From positions 160,001 through 224,000 of the IMG/VR virus record IMGVR_UViG_3300005259_000074: DNA of 64,000 nt. The stretch is one strand, 5' to 3'. Below the pieces are notes generated by a model. That model was not told the origin of the DNA. It made no database searches and saw nothing but the letters and a program-made list of their open reading frames with translations. This stretch comes from a virus. Taxonomy: Duplodnaviria > Caudoviricetes. The first letter of the stretch is position 1. Each line of letters opens with the position of its first letter. Below, one piece after another: positions 1-9,584 of the stretch. Made by a program: the position numbers and the translations under genes.

Positions 1-497
1 CCTTCTTGGACATTGATGAGCTGGTTGATTGCGTTGTCGGCTCCGATGTTGAAGTCGCTGTGCTTCTGAGGGTCGACTTTGCCGTCTGCCTCTTGGAGGA
101 TTGGCCGGAACCTTGAGAAGTGGTGGAGGCCCTCGTGCAAGACTTCGTGCTCGAGGACGAAGAGTTGCATCGGACGACTGAGTGTAGCCAGGAAGTAGTT
201 GTTGATCTCAATCAACAGTTTTTGGCAGTTCACCGCAGCAGTTGGAACACTCGTGGATATCTTCCTATCGAGGCGGCTCAGTGTGTAGCCGTAAAACGGT
301 TTGTTAAGGTAGAGTGATTTGATGAGTTCCGATATGTAGAATGAGTTTATCTCCGACGGTTGTTGGACGTATGGCCTCCCGTTGTAGTAGTCGGGGTTGT
401 TCTGAGTCGCGAGGATGCGCTCGAGGATGGGCTTGGCGTTCCACCGGTCAGCTTCCGCTTGCGTTACGAGCTTGACAGTCTTTGGAAGTTCGTTCAT
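1..497 (-). CDS. DUF2201-N-type putative metallopeptidase (usually fused to vWA); runs off the window edge
   Basis: Hand-translated from ATG 497 (absent from ORF track): MNELPKTV...KPFYGYTLSRL...PTAAVN...FVLEHEVLHEGLHH...FNIGADNAINQLI; HExxH at 135-149. Confidence 0.8.
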   Translation of the reverse strand, partial: MNELPKTVKLVTQAEADRWNAKPILERILATQNNPDYYNGRPYVQQPSEINSFYISELIKSLYLNKPFYGYTLSRLDRKISTSVPTAAVNCQKLLIEINNYFLATLSRPMQLFVLEHEVLHEGLHHFSRFRPILQEADGKVDPQKHSDFNIGADNAINQLINVQE

Positions 498-561
498 GTG
501 AGACCTTTCGCTTTATGTATAATACAAGATAGGCATTCGTAAATTCTTCTTCTACAGGTCT

Positions 562-589
562 AATATAACCTTCGAACCGAAGATGTAAA
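562..589 (-). promoter_or_regulatory. Early-type promoter TTTACA-N16-TATATT
   Basis: Minus strand reads tttaca-16 nt-tatattagac upstream of the metallopeptidase gene. Confidence 0.7.
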
Positions 590-743
590 ACAGTTCTAAG
601 AAAAAAGTCTCAAAAAAGTAGGGCTCAAGTTTGTGTGAAAATTCTTTCGAATTCCCTTTACATTTACATTTGATGGATTATACGCGTACGCGCGTTTGTA
701 TATGGAATGGAATTAAATGAGTGCATTTTTTCTGAAATTTCCC

Positions 744-776
744 TTTACATCTTTACTTATGGCGTTATATTAGACT
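744..776 (+). promoter_or_regulatory. Early-type promoter TTTACA-N16-TATATT
   Basis: tttaca 744-749, tatatt 766-771; 756-776 is identical to 15799-15819. Confidence 0.75.
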
Positions 777-793
777 CCATTGAGGGAATCACG

Positions 794-961
794 ATGCCTC
801 CTTCACAAATAGATGAAATTGAGATGGCTAAGAAGTTGTCGCGGAAGCAAGCTATGTGGAACGACGTGCTGAAGTCGACGGAGGCTGCGGCAAAAGCTGA
901 GAAGACACCAGAACAATATGCCGTTTTCAAAGCATACCAAGACAAGTGCGGTGCCTTCTGA
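794..961 (+). CDS. Small hypothetical protein
   Basis: Start moved to ATG 794 because the upstream part of ORF 707-961 overlaps the promoter; gaggga precedes it. Confidence 0.55.
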   Translation: MPPSQIDEIEMAKKLSRKQAMWNDVLKSTEAAAKAEKTPEQYAVFKAYQDKCGAF

Positions 962-1012
962 GAAGACTGATAACTTCGAGTCTAAGCACTTTAGAGACGG
1001 AGACCATGACTA

Positions 1013-1282
1013 ATGAAAACATCTGTACCACCGCTGCTAGAAAAGGATGAGGAAACTGACGTCACAATGCCGGATCTACTTCCAGTGATAAGGTCGATGA
1101 CGACCGCCCCGAGAGATGGAACAGTCATCATCCTCTTTACTGACGCGGCGTTCACCTCGACTGCTTATAAAGGTCGCTGGAAAGCAGGCATAGCATGGGA
1201 GATTCCTGGACACGTGACATGGTATAAGGACTGCGCTTTCATCGGCTGGTTGCCCGCAACAGTCGAGAAGATAACTCAGTGA
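1013..1282 (+). CDS. Hypothetical protein
   Basis: 89 aa ORF with upstream ggag. Confidence 0.6.
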   Translation: MKTSVPPLLEKDEETDVTMPDLLPVIRSMTTAPRDGTVIILFTDAAFTSTAYKGRWKAGIAWEIPGHVTWYKDCAFIGWLPATVEKITQ

Positions 1283-1339
1283 ACTTAGATTAAGGAGAAC
1301 ACTACTCTGAAGAAACAATTAAAAAATCTGAAAGTTCCC

Positions 1340-1367
1340 TTTACATTCACTCGATGTGAATTACATT
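1340..1367 (+). promoter_or_regulatory. Early-type promoter TTTACA-N16-TACATT
   Basis: Same ccctttacat context and spacing as the 744 promoter. Confidence 0.65.
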
Positions 1368-1423
1368 AGGTATTATTAACAGCAATCAGAAGTAAAACCT
1401 TCCCAAATCCAAAAGGAGAAAAC

Positions 1424-2575
1424 ATGGCAAGGGTGAACATCTCGAAGTTCAAGGAAATCGTGGCCTTCATCGCGAGGGCAAAGAGAGAACACGGTATCAC
1501 GTGCCCCATCCTCGTGTGGGGGAAGCAAGCAACCGGCAAGACGTCTTCGGTCAGACAGACTGCGGTCGCAATCAACGACATCCTCAAAGCTGCGGGCGGA
1601 GAAGTGACGAGTGCCACGTCCGTGACGCTGAACCTGGCTAACCAGACCCCGGAGGAGCTGCTAGGCTTTCCTAGCAAAGACGAGAAGAGCCAGACTACGA
1701 TCTACTTCCGGCCTTCGTGGATGCTCGACGAACCCAACACCCAAGTCTTCTACTTCTTGGACGAGATCAACAGAGCGCCGAAGTACGTGCTGCAGAGCAT
1801 GTTCAACTTCATCAATGAGGGGCGTCTCCATGATCATTCCATAAAGCCAATCGACATCGTCATCGCGGCGGCGAACCCACCAACGGAAGAATTTGAAGTC
1901 ACCGACTTCGATGACGCAGCGTTCATATCCAGGTTCGCTCACTTCGAGTTGGAACCCGATCTCGAAGAAGTCTTGAAGTACTTTGCTGCCAACAAGGACA
2001 TAGATCCGATCGTTCAAGACGTGATGAAGGAAGCCCCCGCCATCGATTCCGACGTCCCAGCGATCAAGATCGTTCCCGACTTCAGGATGTATGAGAGGGC
2101 TGGTCTCCTCTTGAAGATCATGAAGGAAGCTGAACTGGAGTCTTTCGGAAGTCACCTCATGACAGCAATGCTCGGCCCTGATATCTCTACGCTGATCCTG
2201 CGGAAAGCAAAGGACAGGCTGAAGGACATCAAGGCCGAAGACCTCCTCACCGGCAAGGTGAAGTTGTCGAGCATCCCACTCGACCGCATAGACGTGATCA
2301 CTGTGCTCAACGCGAACATTGCGAGGTACTTCAAGTCGAAAGGGTGGGCATTCCCCGACAAGAATGGGAAGATCACCGCGGTAGCTCCGACGTCCGTCCT
2401 GAAGATCATCGCAAGCTATGTCGAATACATCCCCAGAGATTCGGCGATCGCGCTGATCAAGGACTTCAAGATCCAGGGAACTCCTACTAAGGTAGTGAGA
2501 GATTACGTTCTCACGGAACTTAGCAAGAATTTCCTCTATGAGCTCTTGGAGGTTCAAGGATCAGCAAAACGCTGA
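1424..2575 (+). CDS. MoxR/dynein-related AAA+ ATPase (AAA_5-like)
   Basis: Walker A GKQATGKT, Walker B FFLDEINRA, AAANP, D.AFISRF. Confidence 0.85.
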   Translation: MARVNISKFKEIVAFIARAKREHGITCPILVWGKQATGKTSSVRQTAVAINDILKAAGGEVTSATSVTLNLANQTPEELLGFPSKDEKSQTTIYFRPSWMLDEPNTQVFYFLDEINRAPKYVLQSMFNFINEGRLHDHSIKPIDIVIAAANPPTEEFEVTDFDDAAFISRFAHFELEPDLEEVLKYFAANKDIDPIVQDVMKEAPAIDSDVPAIKIVPDFRMYERAGLLLKIMKEAELESFGSHLMTAMLGPDISTLILRKAKDRLKDIKAEDLLTGKVKLSSIPLDRIDVITVLNANIARYFKSKGWAFPDKNGKITAVAPTSVLKIIASYVEYIPRDSAIALIKDFKIQGTPTKVVRDYVLTELSKNFLYELLEVQGSAKR

Positions 2576-2620
2576 TCACATTAGGGTGTCTTCGGACACC
2601 CACATATTTCAGGAGACAAA

Positions 2621-3316
2621 GTGATGGGAAAGTGTTGGAGTGCACTGTCATCAGCTGCCGAAGCCATGCAAAATGTAGGCAGTGGTTTGACCGTGATAGT
2701 TCCACGCAGAACTCCAGATGCATGGTGGAAAGATGACAGTTATGCCGATGCGGTGTTAGAGCTCTCTGATCTGAAATACGGATTCCCAGTGATCAGAGCT
2801 GAATTTCACCCAGTGATCTCAGATACTCAGTATTCCGTGATCATAGGAGTACCGTTCAGTATCGATGAAACTAATGTCATGGCGGTCATTAAAAATCTTT
2901 ATTTCGAGCAGACTTATCTATGTGATGATGTTGTCAACACTCGGATAGTGAGTGCGGCTGTCATTGCAGTATTGGAGCGCGTCAGAGATTCTGGATTGCT
3001 CGGAAAGTTGAAAGCAAAGATATCTGAAGAATGTGAGAAGATCATCAATGTAGCGAAAGTCAGCGTAGAAGACGTGAGGTTTTTTCCCGTGTTCGATGGG
3101 TTATCCTTCACCAATAGAAGAGGAAACCCCATCGGAATTGTGATGAAACATAAGAAGTATAACATATCTGCGACTTTCATGACTAACGGAAAGATTCTAG
3201 TCGAATCTTCGGATGGAAAGTTGTGTCCAGATTCTCACATGCTTCCTGCAGTCTGGCAGTTGATGCTAGACATAGCTGCCAGTAAAAGTGCGAGTTCTAC
3301 AATAGAGAACTTATGA
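2621..3316 (+). CDS. Hypothetical protein
   Basis: 231 aa ORF in operon. Confidence 0.65.
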   Translation: MMGKCWSALSSAAEAMQNVGSGLTVIVPRRTPDAWWKDDSYADAVLELSDLKYGFPVIRAEFHPVISDTQYSVIIGVPFSIDETNVMAVIKNLYFEQTYLCDDVVNTRIVSAAVIAVLERVRDSGLLGKLKAKISEECEKIINVAKVSVEDVRFFPVFDGLSFTNRRGNPIGIVMKHKKYNISATFMTNGKILVESSDGKLCPDSHMLPAVWQLMLDIAASKSASSTIENL

Positions 3317-3621
3317 AGACGAAGAATAGCGATCCTCTTAGTTCCTGCATTGTGTCAGTGATCATCGATAAGACGTACATGCAGAGGGGAGTGTTTGTCA
3401 TGATGCTGTGTGTCATTTCTCTCTTGTTCTGCAATTCAATTATTTTCTTAACAGGATATTTGATAGCAGATGTAGTGTGCTATCACGATTGGATCGCAAT
3501 CTTTCCTACAATATTCGCTGTCGCATCCACATACGTGTACTTTTTGATGCTGTTTCAGTTGTGTCGAGCTGTCGAGAAGGAGCTAGCGGATCGTGTTGAA
3601 GACGCAGTAGAGAAGCTCTAA
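3313..3621 (+). CDS. Hypothetical membrane protein
   Basis: Two hydrophobic segments; ATGA overlap with previous gene. Confidence 0.65.
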   Translation: MKTKNSDPLSSCIVSVIIDKTYMQRGVFVMMLCVISLLFCNSIIFLTGYLIADVVCYHDWIAIFPTIFAVASTYVYFLMLFQLCRAVEKELADRVEDAVEKL

Positions 3622-3634
3622 AACATCCTCCGCG

Positions 3635-3967
3635 GTGTATTTTAAAGAAACGAAAGGACATAATCATATGCAAATGGACTCTGAAGAAGTTCGTAAGACT
3701 ATCTCGGAAGTGTGCGAAGAGCTGAAGAGCATATTGTTGGAGAAGAACAAGGCGTATGGGAACTCAGCGCTCGAACCAGTCAGAGTGTTCTCCCGTGCCA
3801 ACCCGCTCGAGCAGATCAACGTCAGGATCGATGACAAGCTATCTCGTATATCTCGTGGTAGTGAATTCCAAGGAGATGATACAGAGTTCGACCTCATTGG
3901 GTATCTGATTCTCAAGAGAGTCTACAAGAGGATGACTACAAATGAAAATAGAGACGGAAAAGGCTAA
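3635..3967 (+). CDS. DUF1599 / nucleotide-modification-associated domain 1-like protein
   Basis: LLEKNKAYGNS...RIDDKLSRI...D.EFDLIGYLIL signature. Confidence 0.75.
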   Translation: MYFKETKGHNHMQMDSEEVRKTISEVCEELKSILLEKNKAYGNSALEPVRVFSRANPLEQINVRIDDKLSRISRGSEFQGDDTEFDLIGYLILKRVYKRMTTNENRDGKG

Positions 3968-4265
3968 TTTGCGTTATCGTCTCAATTCTTTTTGTCTCGC
4001 TCTAAAGAAGATCTCTGAAGATACAGAAGACTTCGATGATATATTTTGTCTTCCACTGATGAACACAAATGGAAAGTCAAAGACTCTGAAAGAGAGCCGA
4101 GAATTGCAGAAGAAGTGCACTCTCTATCAATCTCATGAATCTGGGTGGTGCAAGTTCTGCATGTCTGTCAGGGACTTCGACGGTGAGGAAGTGTGGTCAG
4201 ACATCTGTAAGAATGATTTCGCCAAAGATAAAGCCGCTATCATCAAAGCACTCGATGACATCTGA
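3942..4265 (+). CDS. Cys-rich hypothetical protein
   Basis: ORF track; ends AAIIKALDDI. Confidence 0.65.
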   Translation: MKIETEKANLRYRLNSFCLALKKISEDTEDFDDIFCLPLMNTNGKSKTLKESRELQKKCTLYQSHESGWCKFCMSVRDFDGEEVWSDICKNDFAKDKAAIIKALDDI

Positions 4266-4274
4266 GGAATTCGT

Positions 4275-4505
4275 ATGACCGCTAAAGAGAATTTCTGCTC
4301 AGTCAGTACAGTCGACGTGGCTTTTGTATGCGGATGGCCTCACCAAGGAGATAAGGTTCCTTCTAAATGCAAATTTTTTATCAGAGCGAGACCGTGGAAC
4401 CTCAATGTTTGTAAGTGGTTCCAAGGTAGGACGCGCCCTAATTCTTGTTGCTGCGAAGAAGCTCAAGATGAAGCGATCATCGTCATGAAGATAGGTGACA
4501 TATGA
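4275..4505 (+). CDS. Cys-rich hypothetical protein
   Basis: ORF track; ends IVMKIGDI. Confidence 0.65.
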   Translation: MTAKENFCSVSTVDVAFVCGWPHQGDKVPSKCKFFIRARPWNLNVCKWFQGRTRPNSCCCEEAQDEAIIVMKIGDI

Positions 4506-4804
4506 AGAAGACGTTCTGGGGAACTATGGATGGCGCTAAGAAGTTCAATCTGGCAGTGTACAGAGACCTTGATAAGTACGGCAGGCCAAACTCCAACTTA
4601 GTTCAGAGGGTCACCGAGAGAATTCTTCCCCGGTGTTCAGATGAATGTGAACGTGGAGATTGTTGCAGTTATCTTGAAGTAGAAGAGTTGGATGATTGTT
4701 ATTTTGCTTTTGAAGACAACACGATATCTTATTATTGCTCTAAGATTGGAGCGTATAAGCGCGCGGTAGATGCTGATCTTCTCAGGAAAATCGAGAACAT
4801 ATGA
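4502..4804 (+). CDS. Cys-rich hypothetical protein
   Basis: ORF track; ends LLRKIENI. Confidence 0.65.
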   Translation: MKKTFWGTMDGAKKFNLAVYRDLDKYGRPNSNLVQRVTERILPRCSDECERGDCCSYLEVEELDDCYFAFEDNTISYYCSKIGAYKRAVDADLLRKIENI

Positions 4805-5064
4805 ATGATCGTTTGTTTGCGGGAACACTGAATAAGAGTATAAAAAGATTTGGAGAGGTTCTTCCTGCTTGTACAAATGGTGGGAATATATGGTGCTCTT
4901 ACTTTAAGTACGAGAAGAATGAACTATACTGCATACATGTACAGTTCTTGTCTCATAGTGAACAATTTGAAGAACACGCGTCATGTGGATATTTCTGCAG
5001 GCATGTGAATGCCTTTTGCCTCGCACAAGAGGCTGACTCTATAAGGAAATTGGAAGAGATTTGA
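4801..5064 (+). CDS. Cys-rich hypothetical protein
   Basis: ORF track; ends SIRKLEEI. Confidence 0.65.
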   Translation: MNDRLFAGTLNKSIKRFGEVLPACTNGGNIWCSYFKYEKNELYCIHVQFLSHSEQFEEHASCGYFCRHVNAFCLAQEADSIRKLEEI

Positions 5065-5591
5065 AAGTCATCAATTTTTTCGGGGCTTCTGGAGTAGGTA
5101 AGAGCACTCTCGCAGCGGGCCTCTTCCACATGATGAAGATGAATGGCCAGCGGGTCGAGTTGGTCACTGAGGTCGCTAAAGACTTAGTGTGGGCCGGTAG
5201 GAAGAAGTGTCTGTCGGACCAGATGTACGTCATAGCGATGCAGAATCATCGTCTAGAAGTCCTTAGAGATCAAGTGGACTACGTTGTCACTGACTCCCCT
5301 ATACCGCTGGGCATAGTCTACGCACCAACGAAGTACTTCAAGTCGTTTCCAGTGTTGATCATGGAGATCTTCAACAGCTACGAGAACCAAAATTTCTACG
5401 TCACTAGGAGGAATTTCGACTACGTCCGCGATGGACGTAAAGAGACGGAACAAGAATCCGATGCCAAAGGAAAGACCATCCTCCGCCTGCTAGAAGACCA
5501 ACACGTTCCTTATGAACACATAAGAGGGGACACTAAAGTGCTGTCCACTGTGTATATTGAGGTTGTCGGAGCAACACCAAAGGTAGTTTAA
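5061..5591 (+). CDS. P-loop NTPase/kinase (AAA_28/NadR-like)
   Basis: GASGVGKST, ELVTEVAKDLVW, VVTDSPI. Confidence 0.75.
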   Translation: MKVINFFGASGVGKSTLAAGLFHMMKMNGQRVELVTEVAKDLVWAGRKKCLSDQMYVIAMQNHRLEVLRDQVDYVVTDSPIPLGIVYAPTKYFKSFPVLIMEIFNSYENQNFYVTRRNFDYVRDGRKETEQESDAKGKTILRLLEDQHVPYEHIRGDTKVLSTVYIEVVGATPKVV

Positions 5592-5783
5592 ATGTTCATG
5601 AAAAGAGACAAAGCTGAGAAGTTAGTAGATGAACTGATAGAAGAAGCTCGAAAACACAAGAGCTTTGGCGTCAGCAGACTCGACGTTCTCAGACGAGTTG
5701 TGATCGATGAGTTGGCTGAACCCAACTGGATCGACACTGCGAATCTATTTCCGGATGATAAAGAAGAGAATGAAGATCATTAA
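5592..5783 (+). CDS. Hypothetical protein
   Basis: 63 aa ORF filling the gap before thyX. Confidence 0.55.
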   Translation: MFMKRDKAEKLVDELIEEARKHKSFGVSRLDVLRRVVIDELAEPNWIDTANLFPDDKEENEDH

Positions 5784-6399
5784 CCAGTCTCACGAGATCC
5801 TTCCACCATTTCCAGAACAGGCTACTAGAGCTATAGAAGTAGCTGCGAGGACGTGTTACAAGTCAGAACGGCTCATCGATCACGATGAAGAGTCTGACGT
5901 AGAACTCTGCAATAAGTTGATCATCAGAGATCACACTGCTATGCTAGAGTTCGCTGATATCACCGTCAGATTCATCACCGACCGCGGTGTCACCCATGAG
6001 TTAGTCCGTCACAGAGTCTGTAGCTTCGCACAGGAGAGCACTCGGTACGTGAGGTACGACGGGAGCATGGAGTTCGTCAGGCCTGTGTGGTTCAAAGAGT
6101 GCCAAGTAGAAGGTGCAGTCAACCCGTCTACTATCTGGTTCGACGCCTGTCTAGCATCTGAGAACGCTTATCACTCGATGATCGAGTGTGGTTCGACACC
6201 TCAGGAAGCAAGGCAAGTCTTGAACAACAGCGTCAAGACGGAGATATGCATGAAGGCGAACGTCAGAGAGTGGAGACACATATTCAAACTCAGGACGTCT
6301 AAAGCAGCTCACCCGCAGATGAGGGCGTTGATGATGCCCCTGCTCGAAGAGTTGAAGTCCAGACTTCCGGTGTTGTTCTCAGACATCATTCCCAAGTAG
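5770..6399 (+). CDS. thyX: FAD-dependent thymidylate synthase
   Basis: RGVTHELVRHRVCSFAQESTRY, WRHIFKLR...AHPQMR; start set to MKIIN at 5770. Confidence 0.93.
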   Translation: MKIINQSHEILPPFPEQATRAIEVAARTCYKSERLIDHDEESDVELCNKLIIRDHTAMLEFADITVRFITDRGVTHELVRHRVCSFAQESTRYVRYDGSMEFVRPVWFKECQVEGAVNPSTIWFDACLASENAYHSMIECGSTPQEARQVLNNSVKTEICMKANVREWRHIFKLRTSKAAHPQMRALMMPLLEELKSRLPVLFSDIIPK

Positions 6400-6460
6400 A
6401 CCACCGCTACTGCTACCATATAGTCCTAGATGAAATGCCTAGGTCGGTGGACGTATTTCT

Positions 6461-6494
6461 ACCGTCGGGAGGTCATTTTTCCGACGGTTTTTTC
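6461..6494 (+). terminator. Rho-independent terminator
   Basis: accgtcgg...ccgacggt stem followed by a T tract. Confidence 0.75.
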
Positions 6495-6502
6495 TATAAA
6501 TA
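6495..6502 (+). promoter_or_regulatory. T4-type late promoter TATAAATA
   Basis: Exact T4 gp55 consensus ~40 nt upstream of the kamA-like gene. Confidence 0.65.
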
Positions 6503-6541
6503 ACGATCGTATTAAAACTCGAAAGGACTACGTTTTAAATC

Positions 6542-7642
6542 ATGTCGAACTCTGACGCTGGGTCTGTGGAAGCAGATCAACCTCCCTTGCCTAAGAATGA
6601 AAACTGCTGGAGATGGCAGTTAGCTAACAGGATAACCACAGCAGCTCAGCTGTCTGATATCATAGAACTAACCGAAGACGAACGATCTGCAATAGACCAC
6701 ACTGGTCTTCCCTTCGCGATAACTCCTTATTACGCGAAGCTGATATCAAACCCTCATATAAGAAAGTGCGTAGTGCCGAGCACTCATGAGATGACACACA
6801 GCGTCGGAGAAGACGCGGACCCACTCGGAGAAGAGTCTCACTCGAACGGCACGTGCGTAGTCCACCGGTACCCTGATCGCTGTCTGTTCATGGTGACTAA
6901 ATTCTGCTCGACGTTCTGCCGGTACTGCACTCGTTCTAGACTGGTTAGTGAAGGTGAGTGCATCTCAGATACTGACATAGAGGCAGGCATAGCTTATATC
7001 AGAGACCACGCGAAGATCAGAGATGTGATAGTGTCGGGTGGAGACCCTCTGACACTGTCTACAGATAAGTTAGACCGCATACTGACTGCGATAAGAAGCA
7101 TTTCACACGTGGAAGTCATCAGAATAGGTACTAAGGTTCCTGTGGTCCTTCCTCAGCGGATCGATCAAGAATTATGCCACATGTTAATGAAACACCACCC
7201 ACTGTTCGTTAATATACACTTCACTCACCTTGCGGAGCTGACACCTGAATGTGTTTCAGCGTGTTCTAAGCTTGCCAATTCTGGGATACCATTGGGATCT
7301 CAAACAGTGCTACTGAAAGGCGTCAACGATGATGCAACAACTATGAGACAGCTGTTTCAGGGACTGTTGAAGGCTCGGGTGATACCGCGATACTTGTACC
7401 AGTGCGACCCGGTGTTCGGTTCGTCTCACTTCCGGACTGACACGTCAGTGGGGTTAGACATCATCAGGTCTCTCAGAGGGTGGACTAGTGGGATGGCATG
7501 TCCCAGGTACGTCATTGACGCGCCTGGTGGTGGAGGAAAGATATGTCTAGAGCCGAACAGCGTGGTTGAAGACAATAGTGAAAAAATCACCATGAAGAAC
7601 TTCAGAGGAGAACTATACTCCTATCCGAAATTAGCGTCGTGA
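6542..7642 (+). CDS. kamA: KamA-family radical SAM lysine 2,3-aminomutase-like enzyme
   Basis: VHRYPDR, CSTFCRYCTR, SGGDPL, RIGTKVPVVLPQR, QTVLLKGVND, PGGGGKI (PLP Lys). Confidence 0.9.
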   Translation: MSNSDAGSVEADQPPLPKNENCWRWQLANRITTAAQLSDIIELTEDERSAIDHTGLPFAITPYYAKLISNPHIRKCVVPSTHEMTHSVGEDADPLGEESHSNGTCVVHRYPDRCLFMVTKFCSTFCRYCTRSRLVSEGECISDTDIEAGIAYIRDHAKIRDVIVSGGDPLTLSTDKLDRILTAIRSISHVEVIRIGTKVPVVLPQRIDQELCHMLMKHHPLFVNIHFTHLAELTPECVSACSKLANSGIPLGSQTVLLKGVNDDATTMRQLFQGLLKARVIPRYLYQCDPVFGSSHFRTDTSVGLDIIRSLRGWTSGMACPRYVIDAPGGGGKICLEPNSVVEDNSEKITMKNFRGELYSYPKLAS

Positions 7643-8050
7643 TCACATATTTTCTATAATTTTCTCTGATACTGACTTAAGTCTCTCCTCAGCCACATTC
7701 GTAGACATGAGAGGTTCTTCTGTTCTCCACGAGGTGCGAGTGCTCATCCAACCTTTCCACGATTCTTCTGAATCAAAATAAGTCGCACTCTTGATCATCT
7801 CCGCGACGACGTCTTCGTAGCTAGCTTCTTCAGCTTCCCAACTATCACAACCAGAGCAAGAACCATATGAATACTCGTAGCTGAACACTCTTCCATCAGA
7901 GAGGAGCGCTGAGATGTCGACATTTCCTTGATAGTCAGATACATAATTTAAAAAGAGGAGCCTAACGGCGTGAACTTGTCTGAGTGCTTCACCGAGCTGG
8001 TGACAGTACCTGCAGTCTTCGACTATTTCTTCTATGTGGTCGTAGAACAC
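7643..8050 (-). CDS. Hypothetical protein (GSCSGCD motif)
   Basis: 135 aa ORF, YEYSYGSCSGCDSWE. Confidence 0.7.
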   Translation of the reverse strand: MFYDHIEEIVEDCRYCHQLGEALRQVHAVRLLFLNYVSDYQGNVDISALLSDGRVFSYEYSYGSCSGCDSWEAEEASYEDVVAEMIKSATYFDSEESWKGWMSTRTSWRTEEPLMSTNVAEERLKSVSEKIIENM

Positions 8051-8241
8051 ATTTTGTCCTTCCTTTTAGACCTTAACAATCGACATATCTCGCAGTCACA
8101 TTCTTCGACTGACACGTCAGATATGTCGATGTGATCATAGAGCGTGTTACCGATCCTCTCCCAACAAAGAGGACAATACACATCGCCTTCAAATCCTCGA
8201 CATACTTCTTCGAGTTTGTTGAGACAAGATGGACACATCAT
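8032..8241 (-). CDS. Small Zn-finger-like protein
   Basis: CPSC, CPLC and CDCEIC motifs. Confidence 0.6.
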   Translation of the reverse strand: MMCPSCLNKLEEVCRGFEGDVYCPLCWERIGNTLYDHIDISDVSVEECDCEICRLLRSKRKDKMCSTTT

Positions 8242-8633
8242 CGGAAATCATCGTCATCGATCTTCGCGTTTGTGACACCTATGGCTTTAAAGAACGCCCC
8301 CATGTCGAAGTTGTCGACTACGGTGAATCCTCTGATCTTTCCTAGGTCTTCGTCAAAAGATATACTCCACGGATCGTACCATCCAAATTCTTCGCTGATC
8401 TGACCGTCTGATTCTCCGCTGAAAAACTGTTCTTTGATCTCTCCGCAGTCCGCCATGTTAGCGATTATGATCAGTTCTTCAAGAGGTTTGTCATGGGTGT
8501 CGGAGGCCGTCATCAGAGCGGCGATGTCGCAGTGCTTGTCTATAGCAGCAACCTGTGTGTCCGTGAGATCGCGGATGTTCACCACGAACGACGAACAAGA
8601 ACTGTTGCTGACGAACCCTACTCGAAGTTTCAT
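8238..8633 (-). CDS. GFVSNSSSSSF-family protein
   Basis: N-terminus MKLRVGFVSNSSCSSF. Confidence 0.75.
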   Translation of the reverse strand: MKLRVGFVSNSSCSSFVVNIRDLTDTQVAAIDKHCDIAALMTASDTHDKPLEELIIIANMADCGEIKEQFFSGESDGQISEEFGWYDPWSISFDEDLGKIRGFTVVDNFDMGAFFKAIGVTNAKIDDDDFR

Positions 8634-8640
8634 TGCTGCG

Positions 8641-9042
8641 TCAGCACGTAGTGAATGGGATCACTAACGGCTCTTCTTTGAAGTTCTTTCGGAATGTTTT
8701 GACGCACTCCTTGAAGTTGTCTTCGAAATCTGAGATAGATTCTTCTCCGCCGTTCTCTACGTCTGCGACAGTCAGACCGAGTATGAATCGCTCGAAACAT
8801 TCATCACTGTTGATCTCGACGTCTTTGATCTTCATCTTGTCGAACGCCTCTAGGATGATCTCTTGGATCTCTCCTGGATCTTCTTCATCTATGTCCTCAG
8901 CTACTGCGGCGTACGTCTCTTTGAATTTATCGAGGTTTTTGTTGAGGAATTTCACGAGGTCTCCAATTTCTTCAAAAGACTTTCCAACGATGAGAAAGCT
9001 CGAAGAACTGCTGTTAGACACGAATCCCGCTCTGATCTTCAT
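8641..9042 (-). CDS. GFVSNSSSSSF-family protein
   Basis: N-terminus MKIRAGFVSNSSSSSF. Confidence 0.75.
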   Translation of the reverse strand: MKIRAGFVSNSSSSSFLIVGKSFEEIGDLVKFLNKNLDKFKETYAAVAEDIDEEDPGEIQEIILEAFDKMKIKDVEINSDECFERFILGLTVADVENGGEESISDFEDNFKECVKTFRKNFKEEPLVIPFTTC

Positions 9043-9054
9043 CTTCTACCCCTT

Positions 9055-9354
9055 TCAGTATGTTTCTTGCAATATGTCGATCTTCATCTCTCTCAACATG
9101 AAACCCAAAAGAATGCTCACGTGTTGGTCAGTTGTGAGATGGTATGCTGAGAGTCCCTTGCACTTCCCATCGGAGATCTTCTTCTTACTCTCTTCATTGA
9201 GGTCCCAATCAGTCTCGTCTAGATCGTGTACTGAAGAATCGAACTCCGTTTCAGCTTTGCACATCCTCTTCATGAAACCCAGCTGATCTTTGTCAGCTAG
9301 TACTATGAAGCTAGATGAACTGCTGTTAGACACAAAACCATCTCTGCACTTCAC
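9055..9354 (-). CDS. GFVSNSSSSSF-family protein
   Basis: N-terminus MKCRDGFVSNSSSSSF. Confidence 0.75.
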   Translation of the reverse strand: MKCRDGFVSNSSSSSFIVLADKDQLGFMKRMCKAETEFDSSVHDLDETDWDLNEESKKKISDGKCKGLSAYHLTTDQHVSILLGFMLREMKIDILQETY

Positions 9355-9584
9355 TTTGACCTCTTACTGTTTTACCATGAATGAACCGAAGATTATGATC
9401 GACCATATCCCGACTATCGTGAAGAAGATGTAGTCCATCAATGACATTCACTTGCTGTCGAAATAGACAGCTACGCTGACGACGAGCAACACTGCTAGAA
9501 AAATGAGGATTATGACTGACACTTGACACCTCTTTGACAATTCACGTTTGAACCTAGACTAGTATACTTGCTACTGATTAACTG

